Assembly: GCA_963812135.1 (NCBI GenBank)
Contig: CAWETU010000001.1
Coordinates: 64,001 to 128,000 of the forward strand
Direction: 5' to 3'
DNA length: 64,000 nucleotides
From: Vulcanimicrobiota bacterium
GTDB taxonomy: Bacteria; Vulcanimicrobiota; Vulcanimicrobiia; Eremiobacterales; Eremiobacteraceae
The notes under the pieces were generated by a model. The model worked only from the letters and a program-made list of their open reading frames with translations, was not told the origin of the DNA and made no database searches. Positions within the stretch are counted from its first letter, which is position 1. The number at the start of each line of letters is the position of its first letter. Both the position numbers and the translations under genes were made by a program. Positions 50,535 through 61,220 of the stretch are shown piece by piece.

Positions 50535-51958
50535 GTCTTTGCGGGAACGGGTGCCGGCGTGTTGGCGATGTGGATCGCCCGCCCGTGCAGCACCTCGGCG
50601 GCCTCCATGATGGGTTCTGAGAACGTGGGATGCGGATGGATGGTGAGACCGATGTCTTCCGTGGTGGCGCCCATCTCGATCGCCAGCGCCCCTTCGGCCA
50701 CCATCGCCTCGGCCATCGGCGAGAAGATGCCCATGCCGAGCACCAGATCGGTCTTCTTGTCTGCGATGATCTTGACCATGCCGTCGGTCAAACCGATCGT
50801 GCGCGCGCGCCCGAGCGCGGCGAGACGGAACTTGCCGACCGCGATCTCGTAACCCGCAGCTTGGGCCTGCTCCTCGGACATACCGACGGTGGCGACTTGC
50901 GGATCGGTGTACACGCAGTTCGGCATGGCGAGCGGGTCGTAAGCGGATGGCAGACCCGCGATCACCTCGGCCGCCACGACGCCTTCTTTCATGGCTTTGT
51001 GCGCTAGCAACGGCGGGCCGGTGACGTCGCCGACCGCATAGATGTTAGCGATATTCGTCTGGCGCCGCTCGTCGACGGGGATGAAACCGCGCTCCACGTT
51101 CACGCCGACGCGCTCGAGCGCCAACTTGTCGGTGCGCGGCTTGCGGCCGACGGCGACAAGCACTTTCTCGAAGTCCATCGGCTCGGTGATCTCGCCTTCG
51201 AACGTGACGCGCACGCGCTTGCCGATCTCTTGCAAACGCACGGCCTTTGTCTTGAGGAAGATGTTGATGCCTTGTTTCTGCTTGAGCGTCCGCACGAGCA
51301 GATTGGTTATCTCGATATCGGTATCGGCCAGCGCGCGGTCGGCCAGCTCCACCAAGGTCACTTCGGCACCCAGCCGCTTGTAGATCGTGGCGAACTCGAG
51401 GCCTATCACACCGCAGCCCAAGATCAGAATGCTCTTCGGGAGCTCGTTGAGCGCCACGGCGTCGTCGGAATTGAGGATGTTGATGCTGTTGCGCTCGAAG
51501 CCGGGCAGCGCTACGGGCTCAGACCCGGTGGCGATGACGAACGCATCGGCGCTCAGATCTTCGGCGCGTCCGTCTTGCTTCTTGACGCGCACGCGCTTCG
51601 TGTCGGTGAACTCCACGTCGCCGGTCATGTAGTCGACCTTGTTCACCTTGAACAGCGTGTTGATGCCGCTGACCAGATCGTCGATCATCTTCGACTTCCA
51701 CTGGTTGAGCTTGCTGAGGTTGATGGCCGGCGGGCCGCCGAAGTCGATGCCCATGGCGGACGCCTCGCGCGCCGCGGCGATGACCTCGCCGACGTGCAGC
51801 AGCGCCTTGCTCGGCATGCAGCCGACATTGAGGCAGACGCCGCCCAGGCGCTCGCGCTCGATGCACAACACGCTCTTCTTGAGCTGCGCAAGGCGGATGG
51901 CAGCGGTGTAACCGCCGGGGCCGCCGCCGATGACGATCGCGTCGTACTTGGTCGGCAT
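50531..51958 (-). CDS. lpdA: Dihydrolipoyl dehydrogenase (E3)
   Basis: 'GGGPGGY.AAIR', 'GGVCLNVGCMPSK', 'HPHPTFSE'. Confidence 0.96.
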   Translation of the reverse strand: MPTKYDAIVIGGGPGGYTAAIRLAQLKKSVLCIERERLGGVCLNVGCMPSKALLHVGEVIAAAREASAMGIDFGGPPAINLSKLNQWKSKMIDDLVSGINTLFKVNKVDYMTGDVEFTDTKRVRVKKQDGRAEDLSADAFVIATGSEPVALPGFERNSINILNSDDAVALNELPKSILILGCGVIGLEFATIYKRLGAEVTLVELADRALADTDIEITNLLVRTLKQKQGINIFLKTKAVRLQEIGKRVRVTFEGEITEPMDFEKVLVAVGRKPRTDKLALERVGVNVERGFIPVDERRQTNIANIYAVGDVTGPPLLAHKAMKEGVVAAEVIAGLPSAYDPLAMPNCVYTDPQVATVGMSEEQAQAAGYEIAVGKFRLAALGRARTIGLTDGMVKIIADKKTDLVLGMGIFSPMAEAMVAEGALAIEMGATTEDIGLTIHPHPTFSEPIMEAAEVLHGRAIHIANTPAPVPAKT

Positions 51959-51962
51959 GATG

Positions 51963-53276
51963 CTAGCCCTCCATCAACATGACGTCGGGCGCGCCGAGCG
52001 CAGTCGCGACATCTTTGGCGAACTGCGCGGCGACCGCGCCGTCGACGACGCGATGGTCGAACGAAACCGAGAGATACGTCATCTGGCGCACGACGATCTG
52101 GCCATCGCGCACCACCGGTCGAGGCTGGATCGAGTGCGTGCCGAGGATGCCGACCTCCGGCCAGTTGATGACCGGGAACGTGAACAGGCCGCCGACCGAG
52201 CCGACGTTGGTGATCGTGAACGTGCCGGCGCTGATCTCCTCGTGAGAGAGCTTGCCGGCGCGCGCTTTCTCTGCTAGCTCGGCGATCTCGATCGCGAGCT
52301 CGAAGATCGTCTTGTGGTCGGCCTGATGGATGACGGGCACCACGAGGCCGGCATCGGTATTGGCCGCGATGCCGATGTTGTAGTCTTTCTTGAGGATGAT
52401 CTCGTGCTTCTCGTCATCGAGTGACGCGTTCATGAACGGGTGGCGCTTGAGCGCGTAACACGCCGCTTTGACGAAGAACGGCAGATACGTGAGCTTGATG
52501 CCGCGCTCGGCGGCAGCTTCTTTGGCGCGCGCTCGCATCGCCACGAGCTCGGTGACATCGGCCTCGTCGACGTGCAACGTGTGCGCTGCGGTCTGTTTGC
52601 TGTGCACCATGTGCTCGGCGATGACGCGACGCAGGCCGCGCAGCGGCACGCGCTCGGTCTCGCCGCTCGGCGCCGGGAGCGCGCGAGCCGGAGTCGACGG
52701 CCGAGTAGGCTCGGCCGCTACCGACGTCGCGCCCGCGGCGACGCGCTCGATGTCCTCGCGGCGGATCCGTCCACCTTCGCCCGACCCGCGCACATTGTTC
52801 AGATCGACGCCCTTTTCGCGCGCGAACTTGCGCACAGCAGGCGCGGCCATCGGCCGGCCCTGCGGTCCGAGGATCGCGCTCTCGGATGGCGCGACGGTGC
52901 CCGCCTGTCCGTTGCCGGTCTTGGCCTTCGAGGGTTTGGCGGTATCTACTGGAGTTTTCGGCTGAGCAAGCTCAGCCGCTACAGGCGCTGCAGCTGCCGG
53001 CTGTGCTTTGCTTGCGCCATGATCGGCGAGCGTCTCGCCCTCTTTGCCGAAGATCGCGATCGGCTTGCCGATCGGCACCACTTCGCCTTCCTTGGCGACC
53101 TGCTTGAGCAAGATGCCTGCAAACGGCGATGGGATCTCCACCGTCACCTTGTCGGTCATGACTTCGACGAGCGGCTGGTCCTCTTTGACGTGGTCGCCTT
53201 CATTGACGAGCCACTTGACGATTTCGCCTTCGATGACCGACTCGGCGAGTTCGGGCATCTCGTATTCGACCGGCAT
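51963..53276 (-). CDS. Dihydrolipoamide acyltransferase (E2)
   Basis: Lipoyl domain 'EVMTDKV', E3-binding 'AAPAVRK.ARE', catalytic 'FDHRVVDG'. Confidence 0.94.
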   Translation of the reverse strand: MPVEYEMPELAESVIEGEIVKWLVNEGDHVKEDQPLVEVMTDKVTVEIPSPFAGILLKQVAKEGEVVPIGKPIAIFGKEGETLADHGASKAQPAAAAPVAAELAQPKTPVDTAKPSKAKTGNGQAGTVAPSESAILGPQGRPMAAPAVRKFAREKGVDLNNVRGSGEGGRIRREDIERVAAGATSVAAEPTRPSTPARALPAPSGETERVPLRGLRRVIAEHMVHSKQTAAHTLHVDEADVTELVAMRARAKEAAAERGIKLTYLPFFVKAACYALKRHPFMNASLDDEKHEIILKKDYNIGIAANTDAGLVVPVIHQADHKTIFELAIEIAELAEKARAGKLSHEEISAGTFTITNVGSVGGLFTFPVINWPEVGILGTHSIQPRPVVRDGQIVVRQMTYLSVSFDHRVVDGAVAAQFAKDVATALGAPDVMLMEG

Positions 53277-53297
53277 TGCTTTCCTCGATCCGCGAGT

Positions 53298-54296
53298 TTA
53301 GAAGTTGAGCGTTTTCTTGATGCCGCGCACCACGCGTTCGGCGCTTGGCATGTACGCCTTCTCAAGCGCGTACGGGAACGGCGTATCCCAGCCGGTGACG
53401 CGCACGATGGGGCCCTCGAGGTGCTCGATCGCGTTCTCGGCGAGAAACGCGGAGATCTCACCCATGTAGCCGCCGATGCGCGGCGCTTCTTGGAGCAAGA
53501 CGACGTGACCGGTCTTGCCGACCGACGCGAGGATGGCTTCGGTGTCGTAGGGCTGCAGCGTACGCAAGTCGATCACTTCGACCTCCACGCCGTCTTTCTC
53601 CATCGCCGTCGCGGCTTCCAGCGCGACCGGGATCATCGCGCCGTACGCGATGACGGTGACGTGTTTGCCTTCGCGCGCGATCGCCGCCTTGCCGAGCGGT
53701 ACTTCGTACGGCCCTTCGGGCAACTCGCTCTTGACCGCACGATAGATCTTCTTCGGCTCCATGAAGAGCACGGGGTCGTTGTCGCGTATCGACGCGATGA
53801 GCAGCCCCTTCGCATCATACGGATTGCTCGGCACGACGACTTTGATGCCGGGCGTGGCCACGTAGTACGCCTCGGGCGACTGCGAGTGATAACTGCCGCC
53901 ACGCACGCCGCCGCCATACGGCGATCGCACGACCATCGGCACTTGGAATTCGCCGGCGGAACGATAGCGCAGTTTCGCGGCCTCGGAGACGAGCATGTCG
54001 AAGCCCGGGTACAGGAAGTCGATGAACTGGATCTCGGCGATCGGACGTAGTCCGTAAAGCGCCATCCCGATGCCCGCGCCGATGATGCCAAGCTCGGCGA
54101 GCGGCGTGTCGATGACGCGCTCCTTGCCGAACATGTCGATCAGCCCTTCGGTGACCAGGAAGACGCCGCCGCGCGGGCCGATATCCTCGCCCAGCGTCAC
54201 GACGTTCTCGTCGCGCGTCATCTCATCGATGAGCGCGGAACGGATGGCTTGCACCATCGTATACGTCTGTTTTTTCTCGGCTTGAACCGTTGCCAT
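53298..54296 (-). CDS. 2-oxoacid dehydrogenase E1 beta subunit (pyruvate or branched-chain)
   Basis: 'GEDIG..GGVF.VT', 'DTPLAE.GI.G', 'EIQF.DF', 'HSQSPE'. Confidence 0.93.
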   Translation of the reverse strand: MATVQAEKKQTYTMVQAIRSALIDEMTRDENVVTLGEDIGPRGGVFLVTEGLIDMFGKERVIDTPLAELGIIGAGIGMALYGLRPIAEIQFIDFLYPGFDMLVSEAAKLRYRSAGEFQVPMVVRSPYGGGVRGGSYHSQSPEAYYVATPGIKVVVPSNPYDAKGLLIASIRDNDPVLFMEPKKIYRAVKSELPEGPYEVPLGKAAIAREGKHVTVIAYGAMIPVALEAATAMEKDGVEVEVIDLRTLQPYDTEAILASVGKTGHVVLLQEAPRIGGYMGEISAFLAENAIEHLEGPIVRVTGWDTPFPYALEKAYMPSAERVVRGIKKTLNF

Positions 54297-54311
54297 GATC
54301 TCGCGCGCCTC

Positions 54312-55412
54312 CTAGGACACGCCAAGCTCGGCGGCGAGCTCTGCGCGCTCCGCGTCGAGATGGGGGGTGCGTTTTTCGTAGACATAGTCGAACACGCTGA
54401 GCGGCTCCGGCACTGCGCTTGCCTCGGCTTCGGCGAACGCGGCCGCGACTTCGGCTTTGACTTCTTCGAGCAGCTTCTGCTCCTTCGCGTCATCCCACAC
54501 TTTCTTCCCGATGAGGAAGGTGCGGAAGCGCGTGATCGGATCGCGTTGCGTGCGCCACATCTCGAGCTCGCCCTTGGGACGATAGCGTGTGTCGTCGTCG
54601 GCGCTCGAATGCGGGCCATAGCGGTAGGTGTACGCTTCGATCAGACTCGGACCGCCGCCGGCGCGCGCTTTGTCGGCGCACAGCTTGGTGACCGCGTAGA
54701 CTGCCAAGATGTCGTTGCCGTCGACGAAGTAGCCGTCCATGCCGTACGCACGCGCCTTTTCGGCGATCGTCTTGGTGTGCGTCTGCTCTTCGAGTCGCAC
54801 CGAGATCGCGTACTGGTTGTTCTGACAGAAGAACAGCACCGGCGAGCCGTAGACCGCGGCGAAGTTCAGACCGACGTGGAAATCGCCTTCGCTGGTGGCG
54901 CCGTCTCCGAAATACGTGATGGTGAGGTCCTTGGTCTTCCTATAGCGCTGCGCCATCGCAGTGCCGACCGCTTCGGTGATCTTGTTGCCGACCGTGGACG
55001 ACGGCGGCACGATGTGCAGCTCTTTGCTGCCGCTGCCGTGCGGCATCATGCGGCCTTGCGTGGGATCAAGCATGCGGCCCAGCACGTGTCCGAACCACTG
55101 CGACGCTTTGAGACCTTTGACGAGTTGGCTGCCCTGCGAGCGGTGGTCGCCATACATCCAGTCGGGCTTGTTCAACACGAGCGCGCTGCCGACTTGCGAT
55201 GCCTCCTGGCCCGCGACTTGCGCGTAGAAACCCGCGCGGCCTTGGCGGACGAGGATGTAGCCGCGATCGTCGACCGCACGCACGAAGACCATCCACCGAT
55301 ACATGACGAGCAACTGCTCGGTGGTGAGGTCGAGCGAAGCGACGTCGCCGGCTTGCTTGCCGTCGTATTCGAGGAACTTGATCGGTTTGTCGGTGAAAGG
55401 CTTGATTTCCAT
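54312..55412 (-). CDS. 2-oxoacid dehydrogenase E1 alpha subunit (pyruvate or branched-chain)
   Basis: 'GQEA', TPP motif 'FGDGATSEGDFH...NFA...QNNQYAIS', 'YRYGPHSSADD..RYR'. Confidence 0.93.
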   Translation of the reverse strand: MEIKPFTDKPIKFLEYDGKQAGDVASLDLTTEQLLVMYRWMVFVRAVDDRGYILVRQGRAGFYAQVAGQEASQVGSALVLNKPDWMYGDHRSQGSQLVKGLKASQWFGHVLGRMLDPTQGRMMPHGSGSKELHIVPPSSTVGNKITEAVGTAMAQRYRKTKDLTITYFGDGATSEGDFHVGLNFAAVYGSPVLFFCQNNQYAISVRLEEQTHTKTIAEKARAYGMDGYFVDGNDILAVYAVTKLCADKARAGGGPSLIEAYTYRYGPHSSADDDTRYRPKGELEMWRTQRDPITRFRTFLIGKKVWDDAKEQKLLEEVKAEVAAAFAEAEASAVPEPLSVFDYVYEKRTPHLDAERAELAAELGVS

Positions 55413-55576
55413 GCGAGAAGGGCTGTCCTCCGAAACGCTATTATGTCGAGTTCCGCCTTCTTTGGATATCGGCGATTCCCTCCGCCAGTCGGAAGTTCTC
55501 GACGGAGAGGTTGGGCTCAAGAACGCGGCATATCCCTCTGTTGAATTATCGTTTTCGCTGAGCGGGAGAGCTTCGC

Positions 55577-56050
55577 ATGATGAGCGTCGTTTGTGTGCTC
55601 CAACTGCTGCTGTTGTTGGCCACGAACCCGACCACGCAGCAGTTTCATCCGACATCGAGCGCCCGTTACGTCATCGCGACCAACGGCGCCGCGATGGGTG
55701 GGTTCTCCGAGGTGAGCGGGTTGACCACCGACACGGATGTGGCGGAGTATCGTGAGGGGTCCGACACGCAAACCCACACGAAATCTCTGACCGGATTGCA
55801 CAAGTACACAAGCATCACGTTGAAGCGCGGCACGGTCAGCAACTCCGGATTCTACGATTGGTATAAGAACAAGGGGCTGATGGATGTCTCCCTCAAGGCG
55901 GTCGCGCCCAGCGGCCAGCCGCTCACCTATCACTTGCGCGGCTGCAAGCCGACGAAGTACACCGGGCCGCCACTAACCGGCAGCGGTTCGGGCGACGTCG
56001 CGATCGAAGAACTCGTCTTGAGCTGCGAGTCCATCACGCTCGTCAAGTAA
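55577..56050 (+). CDS. Phage tail tube protein (T4 gp19-like / eCIS tube family) with hydrophobic N-terminal leader
   Basis: 'GGFSEVSGL......EYREG......L.GL.KY..ITLKRG......FYDW' and 'P.KYTGP.L.....VAIEEL.L..E'; leader 'MMSVVCVLQLLLLLA'. Confidence 0.85.
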   Translation: MMSVVCVLQLLLLLATNPTTQQFHPTSSARYVIATNGAAMGGFSEVSGLTTDTDVAEYREGSDTQTHTKSLTGLHKYTSITLKRGTVSNSGFYDWYKNKGLMDVSLKAVAPSGQPLTYHLRGCKPTKYTGPPLTGSGSGDVAIEELVLSCESITLVK

Positions 56051-56065
56051 CCAGGAGGAATCGTC

Positions 56066-56719
56066 ATCAAACTCGCGCCGTTCAGTTTCAATAAGATCTC
56101 GCTCGGCCTGTATCGCAACACGATCAGCGCCCCGCTCGTGCCGGCTCTGCAAGGCGATCTGTTGCGGGAACTGCATCGCTCCTATCCGTCGCTCACCCAG
56201 ATCCCGAACGGCGTTTTGTTCTCCGATCCCGCGCAAGGACGGGCGCTGATCGTCGATCAGACCCACGTCGAGGCGTCCGAGAACAGTCCCCACGTCGCGC
56301 CGGCTGCGCTCGAACGGTTGCAGAGCGACGTCCGCGTCGCGGCGCAAACGGTTGACTTCGCCCCGCCGTATCGCGTGCGTGTCGAGGGGACGGGCACGAT
56401 CCAAGCGCTCGAGGGCGTGAATCCGGCACAAGTGCTACTCGCGCACGCACCGCCAGAGCCGCATTGGGATGAGATCGGCGGCCGCTGCACCCATGCGGCC
56501 GTACGATATTTGTTCACCGATGAGTCAGGCGTGCAGCGTGACGTCCACATCGAACCGCTCTTCGCGCAGGCCGACAAGTTCTACGTGATGGCCGTCTCGA
56601 TGAACGGCCAGCAAGGCGTGCCCACGCTCGATGCGGCGATGGCGCAAGCGCACGACGAGATCGACATCATCGAGCGGTTGAGCAACCGCATCGTGTCTGA
56701 TCTGGTCGGCGAGGACTAG
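56066..56719 (+). CDS. Hypothetical protein (possible ATC start at 56066; first conventional start GTG at 56138)
   Basis: Frame is open from 56051 to 56719; AGGAGG lies 7 nt before an in-frame ATC. Confidence 0.6.
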   Translation: MKLAPFSFNKISLGLYRNTISAPLVPALQGDLLRELHRSYPSLTQIPNGVLFSDPAQGRALIVDQTHVEASENSPHVAPAALERLQSDVRVAAQTVDFAPPYRVRVEGTGTIQALEGVNPAQVLLAHAPPEPHWDEIGGRCTHAAVRYLFTDESGVQRDVHIEPLFAQADKFYVMAVSMNGQQGVPTLDAAMAQAHDEIDIIERLSNRIVSDLVGED

Positions 56720-56729
56720 AAGCCCGGGA

Positions 56730-58214
56730 TCAGACTTTGAACAGCTCTATGGGTTTCGTGCCGGTGTACATGACGACGCCCTTCGTCTCGGTGTAGAGGT
56801 CGAGCGTCTGCATCGCCAGCTCGCGGCCGAAGCCGGACTGCTTGTAGCCGCCGAACGGCACGCCCGGGATGATGGAGATCGGCGAGTTGATCGCGACGCC
56901 GCCCGACTTGAGGCCGCTCGCGACGCGCTGCGCGCGCCCCGCATCGCGGGTCCACACCGACGCGGCTAATCCGTAGACCGAGTCGTTCGCCATCGCCAGC
57001 GCTTGGGCTTCGTCTTTGAATGTCGTGACGACGGCGACCGGACCGAAGATCTCTTCTTGCGCGACGCGCATCGAGTTCGTCACCTTGTCGAGCACGGTCG
57101 GCATCAGGAAATTGCCGGCTGCAAGCGCGCCGTCGGGGCGCGTGCCGCCGCATGCGACGGTCGCGCCTTCTTGCGCGCCGATGCCGACATAGCCCTCGAT
57201 CTTCTCGAGCTGCTTCCTTGAGATGATAGCGCCGACGTGTGTCGACGGGTCGAGTGGATCGCCGACCTTGAGCGCTTTGGCCTTGGCCACGAACTTGGCG
57301 ATGAAATCGTCATACACGCGCTCGTGCAAGAGGATGCGCGAACGGGCGTCGCACGATTGGCCCGCATTATAGAAGATAGCATGCAGCGCGCCTGCGACCG
57401 CTGCGTCGACGTCGGCGTCCTCGAACACCAGGTTCGGCGATTTGCCGCCGAGCTCGAGCGTCAAGCGCTTGATCGTGCCCGCCGCCAGCTCCATGATGGT
57501 GCGTCCGGTCGACGTCTCGCCGGTGAAGGCGACCTTGTCGACACCCGGGTGCGCGGCGAGGTGTGCGCCGATCGTGGCGCCGGGGCCCGGCAACACGTTG
57601 ACGACGCCCGGAGGACAACCCGCTTCTAAACAGATCTGGCCGAGTAGAATCGCGGTGATCGGCGTGGGGCTGGCGGGTTTGAGCACGATCGTGCAGCCCG
57701 CCGCCAGCGCCGGCGCCACTTTCCATGCCGCCATCAGCAGCGGGTAGTTCCACGGCACGATCTGCGCGCAGACGCCGACCGGCTCTTTGAGCGTATAATT
57801 GAAGAAATTGGGCGGCGATGCGAGCGTGTTGCCGCCGATCTTGGTGACCGCGCCGCCGTAGAACTCAAAATCCTCGATGACTTGGCCGATCTCGGCCTTT
57901 GCGCCCGAGATCGTCTTGCCGCTGTTGAGCACTTCGATCCGCGCCAGCTCGTCGAGCCGCTCGCCGATGAGCGCGGCGATCTTGAAGAGCACGCGCGCGC
58001 GCCGCGCGGGCGCCATCGTGCTCCATTTGCCTTCAAGCGCCTTGCGGGCCGCGGCCACCGCAGCGTCCGCGTCGTGGATGCCGGCCGAGGCGACGTCAGC
58101 GAGCTTCTCGTTCGTCGCGGGATTGATCGCGGCGAACGTCGCGCCGCTTTGCGCCTTGACCGATTCGCCGTTGATGAGCAGGTCGTACGTCTTTTGTTCG
58201 ACGACTGTGGCCAC
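56730..58214 (-). CDS. Aldehyde dehydrogenase
   Basis: 'PWNYPLLM', 'FTGE', 'LELGGKSP', 'AGQSC', 'EEIFGP', 'PFGGYKQSG'. Confidence 0.92.
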   Translation of the reverse strand: MATVVEQKTYDLLINGESVKAQSGATFAAINPATNEKLADVASAGIHDADAAVAAARKALEGKWSTMAPARRARVLFKIAALIGERLDELARIEVLNSGKTISGAKAEIGQVIEDFEFYGGAVTKIGGNTLASPPNFFNYTLKEPVGVCAQIVPWNYPLLMAAWKVAPALAAGCTIVLKPASPTPITAILLGQICLEAGCPPGVVNVLPGPGATIGAHLAAHPGVDKVAFTGETSTGRTIMELAAGTIKRLTLELGGKSPNLVFEDADVDAAVAGALHAIFYNAGQSCDARSRILLHERVYDDFIAKFVAKAKALKVGDPLDPSTHVGAIISRKQLEKIEGYVGIGAQEGATVACGGTRPDGALAAGNFLMPTVLDKVTNSMRVAQEEIFGPVAVVTTFKDEAQALAMANDSVYGLAASVWTRDAGRAQRVASGLKSGGVAINSPISIIPGVPFGGYKQSGFGRELAMQTLDLYTETKGVVMYTGTKPIELFKV

Positions 58215-58226
58215 TTCGGAGTTCTC

Positions 58227-59441
<1,215 letters not shown>

Positions 59442-59496
59442 GTCGATGGTACGTTTTTCCTTAGGAGAGTGCAGTGGGCTTGGGGAACGATGCTTC

Positions 59497-60024
59497 GTGA
59501 ACAACGTCGTACAAACCCGCCGCATCTATGAAGGCCACGTGCTCAACGTGCGCGTCGATGACGTCGTACTGCCCAACGGACACACGTCGAAGTTCGAGAT
59601 CGTCGAACACAACGGCGGCGTCTGCATCATCGCGCAGCCCACGCCGGCCTCGATCGTGCTGGTCCGTCAATACCGGCCGGCGACCGGCCGCGTCCTCTTG
59701 GAGGTTCCCGCCGGGAAACTGGAGCGCGGCGAAGATCCCGAGGCGTGCGCGCGGCGCGAGCTTGTCGAAGAAACGGGTTACCGCTGCGAACGGCTGCGGC
59801 GGCTCTGGTCGTTCTACACGGCGCCGGGCTTTTGCAGCGAGCTCTTGCACCTCTTCGTCGCCGAGGGCTTGAGCCCGGGCGTCGCCCAGCCCGAGGAGAA
59901 CGAATCGATCGAAGTCGTCGTCATGCCGGTCGCCGACGCGTGGGCGATGGTTGAGCGCGATGAGCTCCCCGACGCGAAAACCCAGATCGCGCTCGCCGTT
60001 TTGCGAACTCAGCTGCGCGGATAG
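59497..60024 (+). CDS. NUDIX hydrolase (ADP-ribose pyrophosphatase-like)
   Basis: Nudix box 'PAGKLERGEDPEACARRELVEETGY', 'LVRQYR', 'PGFCSE', 'DAKT'. Confidence 0.9.
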   Translation: MNNVVQTRRIYEGHVLNVRVDDVVLPNGHTSKFEIVEHNGGVCIIAQPTPASIVLVRQYRPATGRVLLEVPAGKLERGEDPEACARRELVEETGYRCERLRRLWSFYTAPGFCSELLHLFVAEGLSPGVAQPEENESIEVVVMPVADAWAMVERDELPDAKTQIALAVLRTQLRG

Positions 60025-60179
60025 CGGCGATACCACTGGTAGAGTATCCACACGACGGCGATCAGGATGAACCCGATCGTCCACGCATCCCACGAGAACC
60101 CGAGCATGCTCTGAAGCGCGAACAAGCCCCCGACGGCGAGGACGACGCATAGCAACCAGAGCCAGCGAAGTTCTTTCAC
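60009..60179 (-). CDS. Small two-TM membrane protein (56 aa; below the ORF-track cutoff)
   Basis: MKELRWLWLLCVVLAVGGLFALQSMLGFSWDAWTIGFILIAVVWILYQWYRRYPRS*; two hydrophobic helices with basic termini; fills the intergenic gap. Confidence 0.65.
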   Translation of the reverse strand: MKELRWLWLLCVVLAVGGLFALQSMLGFSWDAWTIGFILIAVVWILYQWYRRYPRS

Positions 60180-60207
60180 AGTCGAATAAATTCGACCGCT
60201 ACAACGG

Positions 60208-60738
60208 TCAACGATTCGCGCGAAGGCGCTTGTCGCAGGTGTCGCAGAAATAGTTCTGCTTGCCGTCGGTGTCGTAAACCGAGTGGCTGTAGTACATCGC
60301 GCAGCGCGCGTTGTAGCAGTGCTTCAGTCCGAACGCGTGGCCGAGCGCGTGCACGCACTCTTTGAGCACTCGATTGAAGAGCACGACGTCGTCCGGTTTG
60401 TCGTTGTAGAACTCCGGACGTAGGCGGAACGTCGAGACGACCGCGATGCGCTCGGTGTCGCTCGCGTCGCCGAAGATAAAACTATGCGACGTCTTGTACA
60501 GATCGTCGCCGATGATGCCGAGCAGAAAACCGTCGCGGTTCGGCGCCGCGGCGGTCATCTTATTGAAGACCGTGGTGAGGAAGTACTGATGGCGCGTCGC
60601 GTTTGCGAGCGAAGGGGAGAGGGTGAGCGGCTTTTCGAGTGCGAACTTGTGAAGGAAACGCTCCTCGAGGCAAGGGGCGAGGCGTTCGCACATGTCGGCA
60701 GCGATGGTGTTCATGGGCACGAGCCCAATCTTTTCCAC
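60208..60738 (-). CDS. Archaemetzincin (peptidase M54) family protein with HALGH in place of HELGH
   Basis: 'R.QY', 'DLY.....FIFG', 'VST.RL', 'KE.VHALGH.FGL.HC....C.M..S......D.K...FC..C'. Confidence 0.85.
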   Translation of the reverse strand: MEKIGLVPMNTIAADMCERLAPCLEERFLHKFALEKPLTLSPSLANATRHQYFLTTVFNKMTAAAPNRDGFLLGIIGDDLYKTSHSFIFGDASDTERIAVVSTFRLRPEFYNDKPDDVVLFNRVLKECVHALGHAFGLKHCYNARCAMYYSHSVYDTDGKQNYFCDTCDKRLRANR

Positions 60739-60803
60739 GGCTTCTCACCTTCCACTGCCCGCCGCTAAGTCCTTCGCCTGAGCATGCCTGGAGCCACAAC
60801 GAC

Positions 60804-61216
60804 ATGATCATCGGATTAGGAACGGACGTCGCCGAAGTCGAGCGCTTCAATTTCGCTCCCGACAAGCTCGCGCGCTTCGCCAAGAAGGTGTTCACGCCTG
60901 AAGAGATAGCCCACGCGATGCGCTATCGCCATTTCGCCGAGCGCCTTGCCGGCGCGTTCGCGGCCAAAGAGGCCACGCGCAAAGCGTTCGGCCACGCCAT
61001 CCCTTGGCGCCTCGTCGGCGTGCGCCACGAACGCAGCGGCAAACCGTATGTCGCGCTCACTGGGCGCGCGGAGCGGCTCACCTCGCTGCGCGGCGTCAGC
61101 CGGATGCACTTGACGATCTCGCATAGCCGCGTGAACGCCGTCGCGACCGTGATCCTCGAAGCCGACGAAGCACTGGAAGCCTCCCGACCCATGGCGGTTG
61201 AAGCCGCCGTGGCCCG

Positions 61217-61220
<4 letters not shown>
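60804..61220 (+). CDS. acpS: Holo-[acyl-carrier-protein] synthase
   Basis: 'IIGLGTDVAEVER', 'FTPEE', 'AG.FAAKEA..KA', 'GKP', 'TISHS'. Confidence 0.92.

Noticed and set aside
55577..56719. Prophage or complete eCIS/T6SS locus
   Set aside because: Only a tube gene is present; no sheath, baseplate, capsid, terminase or integrase is recognisable in the window.
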